64,000 nt of DNA from Lingula anatina (GCA_051362555.1 CM120640.1:23732225-23796224); one strand, 5' to 3'. Shown: positions 21,566 to 34,435, numbered from the stretch's first letter. The notes: generated by a model not told the origin, from the sequence alone. Numbers and translations: made by a program.

Positions 21566-23778
21566 ACTGCTGATAGAAAACTCACAACTGACGGGATGTT
21601 TCAATAGTTGGAGAATAGGACAACACACATTAGATATTGAGCCTTTGATTACTATGCAGTCAAGGATTCAAGAGTCTTTGTGATTCCCAAATTGATAAAA
21701 TGTGTGAGGACAATCACTGGTATTGACAGAACCATCACAAAAAATATGATGTACTTGATCTCAGAATGATAGAAATACAGGATTATTAACCAAGCAGAAT
21801 ATTAAAATAGATACCCTCATTGAGATCATGCAGCTTAGTCTGGATTTTAGACCCCCAGTGGATAACAGTACAAGGGATTGATGTACCTCTCGAGACTGCC
21901 ACATATCAGAACATGGAATAAAGAGAGTTAAGTTTCTTTAAAAAGATTATGTCACAAAAAAATGAAAACAAACTTGGAAACTGTAGTTTTTGTTGTTGAA
22001 GAGCCAGTAGAATTTTTTTAGAAAAAAAATGAACAGGGAATCTGCATAGTATATTTCATAAAACCTGGGCTGTGTCTAATTACCTGGAGATATGTGTGTG
22101 TGGTCGCAAGGTTGCAGAGAATGCAATAGCACAAATGTGATGTATATATCTATCTATAAGTATATCCATGTGAACAACATATCTGGTAGTCTGTGCAACA
22201 TGTGCCAAGAAAATGCACTGAGGTTGAGACTGAAGGACTGAGTTATACATTACAAGTTGGACTGAGTTATACCTTACGAATGGAGGTTCACAGATTGATT
22301 TATCAAGATGTTATTTTCTCATTTAAACTCCTACACGCCCAATGGGACGTATATGTAGCAAATGCATTTGAATTTGTAGGTAAATTGATTGAAGAGCAGT
22401 GTCAACTGGCCATTGCAAATCTCCCCATTGTGGAGGATTTGCAGTACAGAGTGAAGAGATCCCCAAAAATTCTCATTTACAATGCTGAGTCCTTTGCTAC
22501 AATATGGGATACAGCCTAAATGTTGATGGCCATGTTGCCTTGAAGCCCCAGTCATCATTACTGTGGTGTATCTATTGTAAATCCTGTAGATGGGGCATGT
22601 GTGTTGAGTAGTGACATTTTAGACTGCTGTAGTAGTAACCATAAAACTTTCTATCCACCTGAGCAAAACGGACCATGTGTTGGTTAATGAATATAGAAGT
22701 GGCATTATTTGGAGGGATTTTCTCAGAGAAGATCTAGATAATTAGGTTCTGAGGATTTTGTAGTATTTTCTTTTCACAAAGGTGCTGCCAGTGTAACTTT
22801 AAATTGAGTAGAACATGTAACAGTTTCATAACCACCACTTCATCATATCAAGAGTACATAGCAATTCATTATATACTGTAATGTAACAAAACAATACCCT
22901 ATTATTCTGCATGTTATGTTATATTGTTAAACTGTGTTGCTTATAGGTGGGAGGGGGATATGAAATGCAGGTTAAAAACCTTGTAAATGAATGATTTCTG
23001 TTCCCAGATGGTAATTCTCACTTGTCAACGTATGTAATTTTATGTATCTTGGGGGTTTGCATTTGGTGCAACAACTGATCTAGTAACTGAGCTCAAATTG
23101 TAAAGTTTTTTTTATAAAAACATTGGTGTAAGTAAAATATATTTACCGAGGCTAACTCTTCAAAATACATTCATTGAAAGGAAATAATAATAAGCACACA
23201 TATGATATTGCAAATCGTATTATTCTGAACCAGTAATGTAGGAATATTTTTTAAGCATGGCATCACTATTGCTTCAATATTGCTGCACACTTTGGTGGCC
23301 GCCTTTGTCTTAGGGTTTAAAAGAGGGAGTAAATGGTTCAACAGTATTAAAACCCCTTTGTACATGTTCAGTTTTCAGATTGTATTATCATGAATTTAAA
23401 AGAATCTGTAATATTCCTTTGATTTAATATTATTTTGTACATTGTAATGGTAGGGAGAATAATGAGATGTATATGTACATAAATGTCCCATTTGCTTCAG
23501 CTGCTTTGCCCAAAGTTTTTTATACAAAGCTCTTTGTATTGTAATATTTAAGTTTTTACATGTTGAGAATATGAATAATATTAGTGTGCTTTGTGTATAT
23601 ATATCGAGATTGCATATTGAAGGTTGTCAGTTTCGGTATTTTATGTTGCCATGGTCACAAAAACTAATGAATATTTGTATTTTCTTTGTATGGTGTTAGC
23701 GTTCAGTGTTTTTCAGTGGTGTAACATTAGATCCATACTATGATGTAGTGGTTCAGCTCCAGCTGGTTCAATTTTGTA

Positions 23779-23784
23779 AATAAA
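23779..23784 (+). promoter_or_regulatory. Candidate polyadenylation signal of Lar (3' UTR about 2.2 kb)
   Basis: AATAAA preceded by TGTA and followed by a T-rich tract; coincides with the end of the CpG-depleted zone. Confidence 0.5.
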
Positions 23785-26596
23785 CTGGACATACATTGTA
23801 TTTCACTTGATGAATTTTGTCTTTACTTGTTAAAAACTCAAGTTTTATGTTTATAAATGCTCATACAAAAATTGGTGCCCGAACAAAAATTAGAAAGGAG
23901 CGCAGCCCGACAAGGCAGTTCAATTCTCATTGTTATTTTAATAACAATTTGATTAAAATTAAATAATGGATCTCCACCAAATCGATTCTACGTTCGCCAT
24001 AATCAGACCTTTTATTTCTCAAAATACCTCCATAATTTTATTTTGAGTTAAGTAATGAAGTAACGAAGCAATTAAAAATCTTCTTGGGGTGAGGTAACAC
24101 CGTTTTGCTTTCAACTGACTGTAAACGCCTGGCTAAAGGCTAAATACAGGTCAAGTATGATGATGAGTCTAACTGGACTCTGGTTCAAAAGTTAATTTTT
24201 AATCTCTGGAAATGCGATATTTTTCAGTCTGAATTGTAGAATATCAATTTAATCAATAAAAATGTCTCTTGGTCAGATCCAGGCGTTCTGTCAACCCCTT
24301 GTCTAGCTCACGTTTTCTTCAGTTCAATCAGTTGCATGCGTCCTTCGCTAACACATAATATATCATTTTTGGCTTTATTTAATATATAAGAGTAATACTG
24401 GGTTATTATAATGAATTAAAGTGAACTCTGAATTTCAATAAGACCAACTACACCGACAATTTTATTTCTTGTTTTGTTTTTAATATATATAGTAGTTGCC
24501 ATTCATGAATATTCATGACTGGTCATAACACTGGTCAAGAACCTACATTTTATAATCACATAAAGTACTGAAGCGTGACTCTCACTGGAACCTAATTTAA
24601 TTATGCTCACTCTCACTTGTCCAACCCTAGTGTACAGACCTAGGATGTGTCACTACATCGTGACAGCGTATGACTCAACAGATATGTAAGTGTATTTCTA
24701 TATTACCAATGTAGTTAAAGTTTTTATTGTATATAGCTATTCATTAGCTTTTAAGGTTTCTTTTCCAGTTGACCAGAGTTCTGCAATGAAATAGGAAAAT
24801 CTGAGTTTGTATTTGGGTGTTCCGTAAAAAACAAAAGGGACCAGTAGCAACAAATGTGAAGCGAATCCGAATCACCGATACACGTATACAGCACTTTCGA
24901 CTCTGGTGGGATTTTTGCACAAATTTCTACAGAGCTCTAAAATAAACCAAAAGATCAAGTACTGATATGTTTGTGCTAGGACCTATTGAACAAACTGGTA
25001 TCGTGGGTCCAAGGTTTGATTTAGGTTACAAATCTTGGAGGAAAAGCTTCTAGACTTCGTGAAAGACACCTATAAATTCGCCCTTCGTCTGCATGGTTTC
25101 AACGCTAAGTAGACTCGTTTATTGTAAGTGAATAACTCAAGTTGGGTTCTGCGACAAGTGAAATGGATGGAATTTGCAAAAAAAGATATTAAGTGAGAGT
25201 CTCAGTATATTAAATACAGGCCCTACTCAAGACACATCAAAACCTGTTTAACTTTCTATCCTGCGATAGCATAAAAATGTGTACCTCCCACGAGAGATTT
25301 TGTATATAAGATTAGGCCTACTGAGCAAGGTTTTGTCAGGAGATTCGCTGCAAAATCAATATAGACTAACTTAATTTTTTGTAAGAGTTCGAACACAATG
25401 AGGGCATTATGAAATCACTGTAAACTACGTAGTCACGTCAGGTTCTTCTATCACATTCATATTAAATTTCTATTACATGGATGTTCTATCCCGAGAAAGC
25501 GTTTAGGGTGACAAATTGTGGTAAACATCTTATCAGGCTGTAGAGTCAGTTATATCATTTTCACTTGTTTTCAATCCGAAAAAGAAACAAAAATACCTGA
25601 CCTTGGGTAAAAGGGGAAGCTATGCAATGTGCGAAAAACCCACGCAAAAGTGACTTCTGTTAGGTTTGTACTTGTTCTATTTTCAGGAAACGTTCAGGTG
25701 TAGTAAAACAGATTAAAATGTTTTCTTGTTAATTGAATCTATTCATAGTTTGATGCCTCGCCTGTTAAATCTTCTATTGGCAGTGTCGCCGACCAATGTG
25801 ACAGCTGAGATCACGATAAACACATTCAGCGAAATCAACTGAGAAAACAAAGGTGAATAAAGGACAGATATTTTTGACAAAGAACTACCTGGTGCACACT
25901 AAAAAAATCAAGAGATATACTTACTTGCTTTAGGTAAACGATATTCTCCCTTTTAGACTGAGGTATGTTATAGCACTATATACTGAATATTAAAATATTT
26001 CCATACCTGCACAGGTAGATATCCTTTCAATTAGATTAAAACCCCAATGGCTATCTTTTCTCCTCTTGTTATAAAGTATTCACCCCATATGCTGATTGCG
26101 ATAATTTCGACAAACCCCAACCTGTACTAATCAAATGGGATCCCGGGCTACCGCTTGTGGGGCTCCCATTCCTGTCACAGTAAACATACGAATCCTGTTG
26201 TTTTTTGTTCCGATATAAATAAGAACAATTTGAAGACATCGTGCTGTTTTAAAAATATATTTCTTTACTTGTGTTATGTTACATTGATACTGCGCATTGA
26301 AAAAGAGAATAAAATAGTGCATCATTCACAGAAAAGAATTAAACAATGGGGACTAGGAGGTAATATTAAGGTAATATTAAGGCAGTGTTTTATCAGTGGT
26401 TTAACCATTATTTATGTAGAGCTCCAGTCGCTTCTAACATGGCCTGTAGTTCACGCTCTGTGCTTCATGGTCTAAAAATTGTATGGAGTCTTCATTAGCG
26501 TCTCTTCGCTAAACTTTTTAGTTTGGCGAAGCATTTTATCTTAGGCCATTATCAATAAATGATTGATTGAAACATATATTTGCGTTTGGCCACACT

Positions 26597-27258
26597 TTAC
26601 AGAGACGTAAAATGTGTCGCTGTGCTGACATTACCGACACTTGTGGATGGAGTTGCACCACTTAGACCGTTCTCTACGCTTCCGCTAAGTTCGTGGAAAT
26701 CTTCCTTATTGGCTTTGTGCTGGTCCCATATTCCCTTTACCTCCTGTATGAGAGGAACGCTGATGATAAATGTTGCAGCGATTAACGACCAACCCTGAGA
26801 GAGATAGGTCCACCCTGCAAACAGCTCCTTGCTCAGGACCCGAAGCGCCGCCATTATTCCCGGCCAGACGATGACAAGAACGACAGTGAGGATGACGCCA
26901 GCTGAATACGCCGTGATTTTCGCAGGTCGAAACATCTTCAAAAATTCCCCGTGAGATGGTCGAGTGTCCTTGTTTTCCCTTGGTAGATGCCTATAAAGGT
27001 GGACCCAGGGATTGAGCGGGTTGTCGATATTTCGAGTTTTCTCCCATTCTGCGATGACATCTTCCTTTGAGACTCGTCTATTGGTCAGAAGGGCTACAAT
27101 GATGCAGGTAATGCCGCCAGAGCCAATGGAGACACAGTTCCCGACTAGCATGCTGTCCTCTTTACCTGTGTTGATGATAAAGTTGGCCAGTCCTCCCTCG
27201 TGTTGTGAGGATGTTATCAGCCAAGAGGTAATGCCAAGAACACACCCAACAACAGCGC
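26597..27258 (-). CDS. DUR3: DUR3-A last coding exon (ends ...HFTSL*)
   Basis: tttcag acceptor; [14 protein letters not shown]...VIVWP...VPLIQE; stop at 26597-26599. Confidence 0.92.
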
Positions 27259-30200
27259 CTGAAAGCGATCAAAATTACGCAAAGCAATGAAATCATTGAC
27301 TCCAATGGCTGGTGACGACCACTTGTAAGTTTTGGGACTTCGTTGAACAAAATAGGAAAAAAATATATTAATTGCCTTAGCGTTACTACTAATAGATGGC
27401 TTTGTTTCTACTTTTTGCCAATAAATAAAATATGTATACACCTTGTAGCACTTTTCAAGTCTACCGTATATTTTTACCTGATATCATTCCTGCAGCATTC
27501 ATCCTAGACCACGTGATAGCCAGACTGATTGGTATAACGACGGAACCAATCAGTACGCCGGTGAACAGGAAAACCCAGCTGAGGTTCAACTGGACGCCGT
27601 CACAGAACAGAATCCATGGAATTGTGAACGCAGAAACCCAAAGAATACACCAATTTTTGTAGTTCAGCAGTTGGGCCAAGTACTCCCGATACATCCCATG
27701 GACTGGACACTTGTTGTATGGTTTGACTCCCAGTTCGTGCTTGCTGCGTGCCGCAAGGGCGTCTTGCTGACAGATTTTACACAGGTTGACAGGAATGCAG
27801 GAACACTCGTTAATCCTATGCTTTCCACATAACATACAGTTTTCAGCAGGAAGATTTTTTCTGGAAATGTGTTCAGAATACGTGATAGTTAACATTTTTT
27901 TCTTTCAAATACTTGCAGAATTCGGACAATCAATATAACGCATGCAAGTCTATCAACTTTGTATTGCATTTGCCGAAAATTCATACCACATTTAAACAGA
28001 GGTTAAAACTTAATTAATATCCGTTGCAAACGAATAACAGCCATTTGATTGTATGATAGTTTGTACCTGATGATAACGAAAGTTACTCGTCTTTTGGAAC
28101 CACATTTTCCAGCCATCAACTACTTTGATTCACTACCATTTGGATAATTTTACAACTCTGTCATTCTTTGCTAGTGGTTACAAAATGTTGAATTTGACCG
28201 AAAATTTCAAACTTTCTCTGGGAAGCTGTAATTTTGCGATGTGATAGCTACACCATCACAGTTTATCATTTCATAAAAAGGGAAACAGCAGCTGCCCTTT
28301 TTAGGGCACACAGGAGAGTTGAACAGCTATACCCACCAAATCCAAGACGCGTTACCCTGGGTAATATATTTTGCACAAACTAATGAAAGTCTAATGGAAT
28401 GTTTTCAGTTTTAGTTTAAATCATAAGGGGGTGTTGTCTCAGTGCTTCAAAACTGGTTTTGAAGAATTTAATCCACATTTCATAATTAATAAAAATGGTG
28501 AATATGTGGGTCATGGTAACGTTATTGACGCGGGTCGAAAACTTTTTATAATCATGTAAATAATAACAATATTTTTGCTATTATCCATACACACTTCATT
28601 CATGAGGGGCACACCACTTTCACATGCTTTTAAAATGGAATTGACAAACACAGAGGAATAATTCACATATTTTATTTACTGTAACTCTGTCATATGGGAC
28701 ACACACTGAACAAAGTTGATCTAAAGAATGTTCCAGATTGTAGTTTTTTATCAGAACTATTATTTTTTTATTATTATTTTAACACAATAAAGTTCAGTTA
28801 AATACAAAATTTAACAAAATGAAGTTCAGTGTAACACAAAGTTCATAATTATAACATTCTTCCTGACATATGTAGACCAATGGTGATATCTGTTCTGTGC
28901 TCACTAAGGCATCCACTCTTGGGATTCTGAAAAAAAATCACACAAAGAATCTGTTAACTCTGATAACGAACAATGGATAACCTAAGATCACAAATAGTTT
29001 ATTGCTTATTCAAACAAAGTACAGTGCATTATGAGTGGCAAACACGCATTACTGAGACACATTTTCTTCACCCATTTTCGGTGCTTCATTGCGTAACGTA
29101 AGTGTTGCTAGTAATCCATTATTGCTGTTTTTACAGACGGTTAAATTTTAAACGCACGGAATACAGTGTAGCAGCTTAATTTAAGACAAAACTAAAAAAA
29201 AGTAATTCAATTTCGATGATTGAGTTTTCGAGAACAAGAGAACATGAATACGGTATCACCGCGTCACCATGTTCAATATGACCTTTAGTCCCCCATGTGA
29301 AACAGACGCAAAACGAAAGTTCAGACGAAGTCACCCTACTTATAGAATGGTAAAAATCAATCGGTACACAAATATGTTGAAACAATTGAAGAAAAATGAA
29401 ACGAAACTCATTATTTCTCACCTTCATACAAAGAAGATCCCAATAAACAATCCTGTGACGGTTAAATCGAGGGAATTACACCTGTGCCCTGCATCCTATC
29501 TCGACAGCGTCATTGCGTTATGCGTTATCAGAATGGGCCACCCGCCAGTTTGAGCTGGTTTTTTTAGTGTGCAAAAGAAGCCATTCGTGTGTAAGACGTC
29601 ATCAGTTAGTGAGTATGGAAGAAGATCGCTATCGATGTATAATTTTCACGCGGCATTTTAAAGTCGTCTGATAAAAATCGATCTCTGAAGTTTCAGCGTT
29701 GCGAACGTTATATTGGGACGCGGTGAAGAAAAATCGACCTTGCTGAGCAATAAATGTGAAATTCTTCAGAAAACTGATATTATCTTGGATTTCGTGACAC
29801 AAACTAACCGACATACTACTTTGGACGATTGAACAGTTTTAATACGGAAAGATAGGATTAGATGAAATTTTCATCGGGGTGGGACACCGCATGTATCGTA
29901 AGTTAAGCTAATTTTGTGATCATTTTTCAGTGACTTCAAATAAATTTTTATTTAAATAACAATTTGCACATTCTGTTTATTATATCTTCTTGCAGTAGAT
30001 GTATTTCCTGCTTCAATAATCCATTCAAACCCTAAACAAACTGTTCTTAAATAGAGGTAGGGTCAAAATTCCACAAAAAAGGACGCCATTTTGAGGGTTA
30101 TTTCGATATATTTTCTGCTTTTTCTATTTTTTTGCTTTTATAACAACATCCTCCTTGCTCATGCAGCTTCTTTGATTTGTTATTGAAACATACACAACGA

Positions 30201-32963
30201 TGTCATGAGAATTTGGTTGGCTATCTAAATTTAAATAACATTCTTGTTATGGCCCCCCTGCAGTGCACCACTAGCAAAGAATGACTGAACTACATGTGCA
30301 GCGAAGGTCTTTGCCTATATATGCTAGATTTAGAAAATAAAACAGTCCAGTGCGTCTAACCTGAATGGGTTGATGTACGTCTTGTAAATATCGTAGATAA
30401 TCAGAGATGCTACAGCGATAACTTCTGCGGAACCCGTGGACATCACCGCCATTAGAATGAGCAGCAAGATGATGTATTCTCCAGAGGTGCCGAGAAGCTT
30501 TTGTGCCACAAGGGGCGGAACCAGGCCTAAAAAGACAAGTTTTCTACATGTACGTTGGCTTGACAATTGGGAGATATATTTTCACTTAAACCAGCATTCG
30601 AGGCATCCTTCTTAAATTTTCTAAGCATTACACTCCAATCTGAGTAACTTTTTTCTAATCAAAAGAACACGTTTTATTTTCTATGTTAAAGAAAAATGCA
30701 CAAGTCAGTCTTTCTTTTTTTCCTATTTTCCCTTTTAACCCACCTTTGTCCACTTCTGTTGGCGAGAGCATCGTTTGGCCGGACTCGGCAGCTAAGGCCA
30801 GATAGGCAAGCCCCATGGTTGTCGCCATGGTCAAAGGTATCGCGAACCACGTCAACCCTCCAGAAATAAACCCCCAGACTCCCTGAAGAGGCTTTGCTGC
30901 AATACTGCTCTGCCAGTAGGCCTGGTCGCAGAAGACTGTGCCAAAATTCCCAACGATATTAATTACACCAAACATAAGTCCACCGCTTGAGAAAAATGTC
31001 AAATAACTTCCCTCGGCGTTTCCCGGTGGCCCATTGATACAACTTAATAAATCGTACATCTTTGACGCACTTCCAATTGGGTTTTTCTCATTGCCGTACG
31101 GATTGTAATACACTTCCACAACAAGAATTAACACCAATGAAAAGATGAGTGTTGTGTTGAAGTAGGACACGTAGAACGTTGCTCCCAGTCCACCAATAAG
31201 AGTGTACCCTCCAACGATCACCGCCATGATCATACAGGCCATCTCCATGTTGAGGCCTTGAACTAAACTGGTGAGGACTGCAGTGCCAGACAGCAACAAG
31301 GACGCCATAATAACTAGATTGGTCAAACAAGCAAATACGCAGTATGTTATGTGCGTGGCCTTTCCAAAACGAACCTTGATAACCTGTAAACAGAAAAGAA
31401 TATTTATTTAAAGTAACTAGTCATCAGATTTCGGTATAGTTTCATTGATATATCCATAATTACCCATTTAGCTTCTAAGTATTATTTTTTGAAAAACACT
31501 TTGGTCGTGTAAAACGTGACTTACCTGTAAGAATGTTTTCGCGCCCGGAGCTTTAGTTTTCAGTTCAATAGAGAGGATAGCGAAGAGAACGATTTGGATT
31601 GTAGCTCCTGCTGCATACCAGAATGGTCCGCTGATACCATACTGAAAACCATAATATTCAAAACAATAATGATAATAGTAAAACATTATAATTCTCGCGC
31701 ACTAAGGGTATAACTAAATGTTTATCATACTTACGTAATGATACAAAACGTCATCTTCAGCACGCAATGAACGCAGTTCATTTGCGTCTTTTATATTACA
31801 TAGTTAACGTTTTCGTTTTTTCAGTGATGGTTTTGAAGATGGCTACCAGTAATTAAGTTTAATAAATTAAGTTTTAGCATAATCATACTTTGTATTCAAA
31901 TATTTAAGACATTTTTACCTTGCTGGCTACAGTAGCTGACTGTAGAAGGGTAGTAGACCAGGTCCATTGCGATACGATAGTTGTAGCAGTAAGCCCAATA
32001 GAAACCTGCGATAAAAGATATGAGTAAGCTTTTCCCTATATGCGAGATTTTATCCCTTCATGGTTTAATGTTTTTGTATCTAAAGTAGTCTGGATCTTTG
32101 CAGCTGTGATATAAGACCCTCACCTTCTTCCACGGTTTCCTAATTACTAATTTATCCCCTGTAAAATATGTTTAGTTCGCATTCAAGTTTCTAGATTTTA
32201 AAAAGAAATAAATAAGGCATTTGATAGTGATTATATTCAAGACTGTCGGGCTTTCAATCTGGACTATAACATACAAACATTATACAATAGCCGTGTTTTT
32301 AACTATTGTGAATCACGTAACCAATAGATTATTTAATATAATTTTTCACACGTTTTATATCTGACAGCAAGGTTATCAAATAAATGCGACTTACATTTCC
32401 ACCTGCGTCGAATGCTGTATCTAGGTTATCTGCATCGTGGTATACATATTTCCTCACAAGGTTAAACGCCATGGCAACAAGGACTGCGAATAATCCGAAT
32501 CCTAGGATGAGCCCCACTGCCTTGCCAAGTTCCACCGTGGGAACAATTCCTTGGCTTTTAAACAGATATTCAAAGATAAATATCAATATGAATATATAGC
32601 ACTGGGGAGATTTGGTGAAAACAGTCGTCCAAAATATATGAGAAATGAACACGATTTTTAACAGATAAAAATAAAATAGAAAAATCATCAAATAAAATGA
32701 ATGTATCACATTTGAGCGGTAGCGGAGGGTTTAACGAGGACATACGTTACTGACTTTATGTGCGGCTGAGTACGATGAAGTGATGCAATAATAACTCAAG
32801 TAGCGTATAATTTTACAACGTACCTTACTGTCCCGTTGATGGTGGCGTTTACACCACACCTAGCGAATGGGTTGCTGCCGTAGAGCTGGGCTTCCCCTGG
32901 CTTCAGGCTGGCAAACACCACAATCACGCCCAGTAAAACGCAGCTGGGTAGACGTAAACCCAT
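26597..32963 (-). CDS. DUR3: DUR3-like urea transporter (sodium:solute symporter superfamily), copy A, 784 aa
   Basis: Exons 5'->3': 32963-32824, 32554-32395, 32005-31919, 31641-31525, 31383-30744, 30526-30361, 27860-27478, 27258-26597 (2355 nt, phases consistent). DUR3-type motifs: [73 protein letters not shown]...YDIY.TYINP. Confidence 0.92.
27478..27860 (-). CDS. DUR3: DUR3-A coding exon 7 (Cys/His-rich insert plus TM helices)
   Basis: 383 nt, phase 2-1, same length in copy B. Confidence 0.9.
30361..30526 (-). CDS. DUR3: DUR3-A coding exon 6
   Basis: [13 protein letters not shown]...[14 protein letters not shown]...YINPFR. Confidence 0.92.
30744..31383 (-). CDS. DUR3: DUR3-A coding exon 5
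   Basis: VIKVRFGK...[14 protein letters not shown]...EVDK; 640 nt. Confidence 0.93.
31525..31641 (-). CDS. DUR3: DUR3-A coding exon 4
   Basis: [16 protein letters not shown]...APGAKTFLQ. Confidence 0.92.
31919..32005 (-). CDS. DUR3: DUR3-A coding exon 3
   Basis: [29 protein letters not shown]; not in the ORF track. Confidence 0.9.
32395..32554 (-). CDS. DUR3: DUR3-A coding exon 2
   Basis: [25 protein letters not shown]...FDAGGN; GT-AG boundaries. Confidence 0.9.
32824..32963 (-). CDS. DUR3: DUR3-A coding exon 1 (signal-peptide-like N-terminus)
   Basis: ATG at 32963 inside an exon with an acceptor at 32981-32980; donor gtacgt; same 140-nt length in copy B. Confidence 0.8.
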
Positions 32964-34427
32964 TTCCTTGGATAGTAAACTGCGAAAAAAAATTCGAATG
33001 GATAAGAAAATACTCTCGATAATACAATGAAAATCCATTTGATACTTCTGAGTTTACAATATTTGGTTGTTTTTGTTTTTTTTACTTTACGGCACAGTCA
33101 CAAAATTGGCGCTTAACGATAAATGATGGATAATTATTTTTATACAGTCTGACAGTACTTAAAATTAACTTCCCATTTGCATATTAATAAATTTATAAAG
33201 AAATTAACAAAAACAACAGTGCCATGTACATATTTCACAATGTAAAGCATGCTCTCTTATCTTCTATCAGTACAATTTATGTTATTTATGTTATTGCACT
33301 TGTTTTATTTAAATCTCCTTCCTTCATTTCATGATAATTCTATCAATTTCCTATATTCAAGTCGCGTCTTACAATAAGACAACTTATTTGGTTCTATAAT
33401 GTTTCATGATGAACAGCTCGTCTGTCTATATCCCCCTCTACCTCGAATCCTCACGTCTTAGCAAACATAATTACTAATGAAAATATTCATTCAAGTATAT
33501 TTTTTTGCGACTGACCAGAAAACCCATCACTTCTCATTTTTACAATCCATAGATTCCATTGTTTAAGTTGCCCTCTTCAGCCTTCTCCTCCACATCTTGA
33601 CAATCTCTGTAAACGGCCAGTCTCAGTTTAAAACCAATCTGCACTACCTAAAATTCCCCAACTCGATTTCCGGTGACTATTCCCTTTGAAACCTGCTTGG
33701 AAGCTAGGATCCAATATAATGTTATGTTGGATTCTAGCTGGAACTTATTGAATCTACCGCTTATGTGTGTACACTTCGTTTCTTTCCGTCATTTTTTAAC
33801 CGCAAATTTACCCAACATTATGCATGATCATGTGGATTTTTTGGGGATATCAATTGCTTATTTTCGTTTAGAACAGTTGCATTGATTATTCAATTTAACT
33901 TCTTATGTTCACACATTATCTCTATTTGCCTATTTTAAATCCATTTCTTCGTTCGTTTTTTTTTCCTGTGTTAATACGAGGCGTAAATGACAGTACAATA
34001 ATTCAAGACAAAACAATTATATAAATAAAGTTATAGCTATAGATGTTAAAAAAATACAAAAAAAAAAAAAAATCCAGAGGATTGTTTTCGTATCCTATTT
34101 ACATTAGTCAACAGAGTTGTTGACAGGTCAACCAGACCACCCCCCACAGCCACAATCTCCCAGTTAAAGACTGACCACGCCACGTACTGCTTCTTTTGAC
34201 CGTGATTAATGCTAAAGGTCAATATCATCCAATGCTTAATCGAGTTTACAGTGCTATACTCGTAGCTGGTTTGACAAAGTAAACAACATCCCTATTCACC
34301 CAATCTAACCAAGGTGTACTGTTTTTCTAAATCTCCCTATAACGATCATGATACAGTGAAATGGATCACAAGTATACCTACATGTACTTCTCCTTTGGTT
34401 TCCGCTCCTTCTCCTCGCTACTGGTAC

Positions 34428-34435
34428 TTTATATA
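34428..34435 (-). promoter_or_regulatory. Possible TATA box upstream of DUR3-A
   Basis: TATATAAA on the minus strand about 1.5 kb upstream of the ATG exon, with a possible donor (AG|GTATAC) at 34378/34377. Weak evidence. Confidence 0.25.

Noticed and set aside
22193-22558. ORFs of 108 aa (+) and 75 aa (-) downstream of the Lar stop
   Set aside because: No recognisable motifs or splice context; they lie in the presumed 3' UTR. The Lar stop (TGA A) is not a typical readthrough context.
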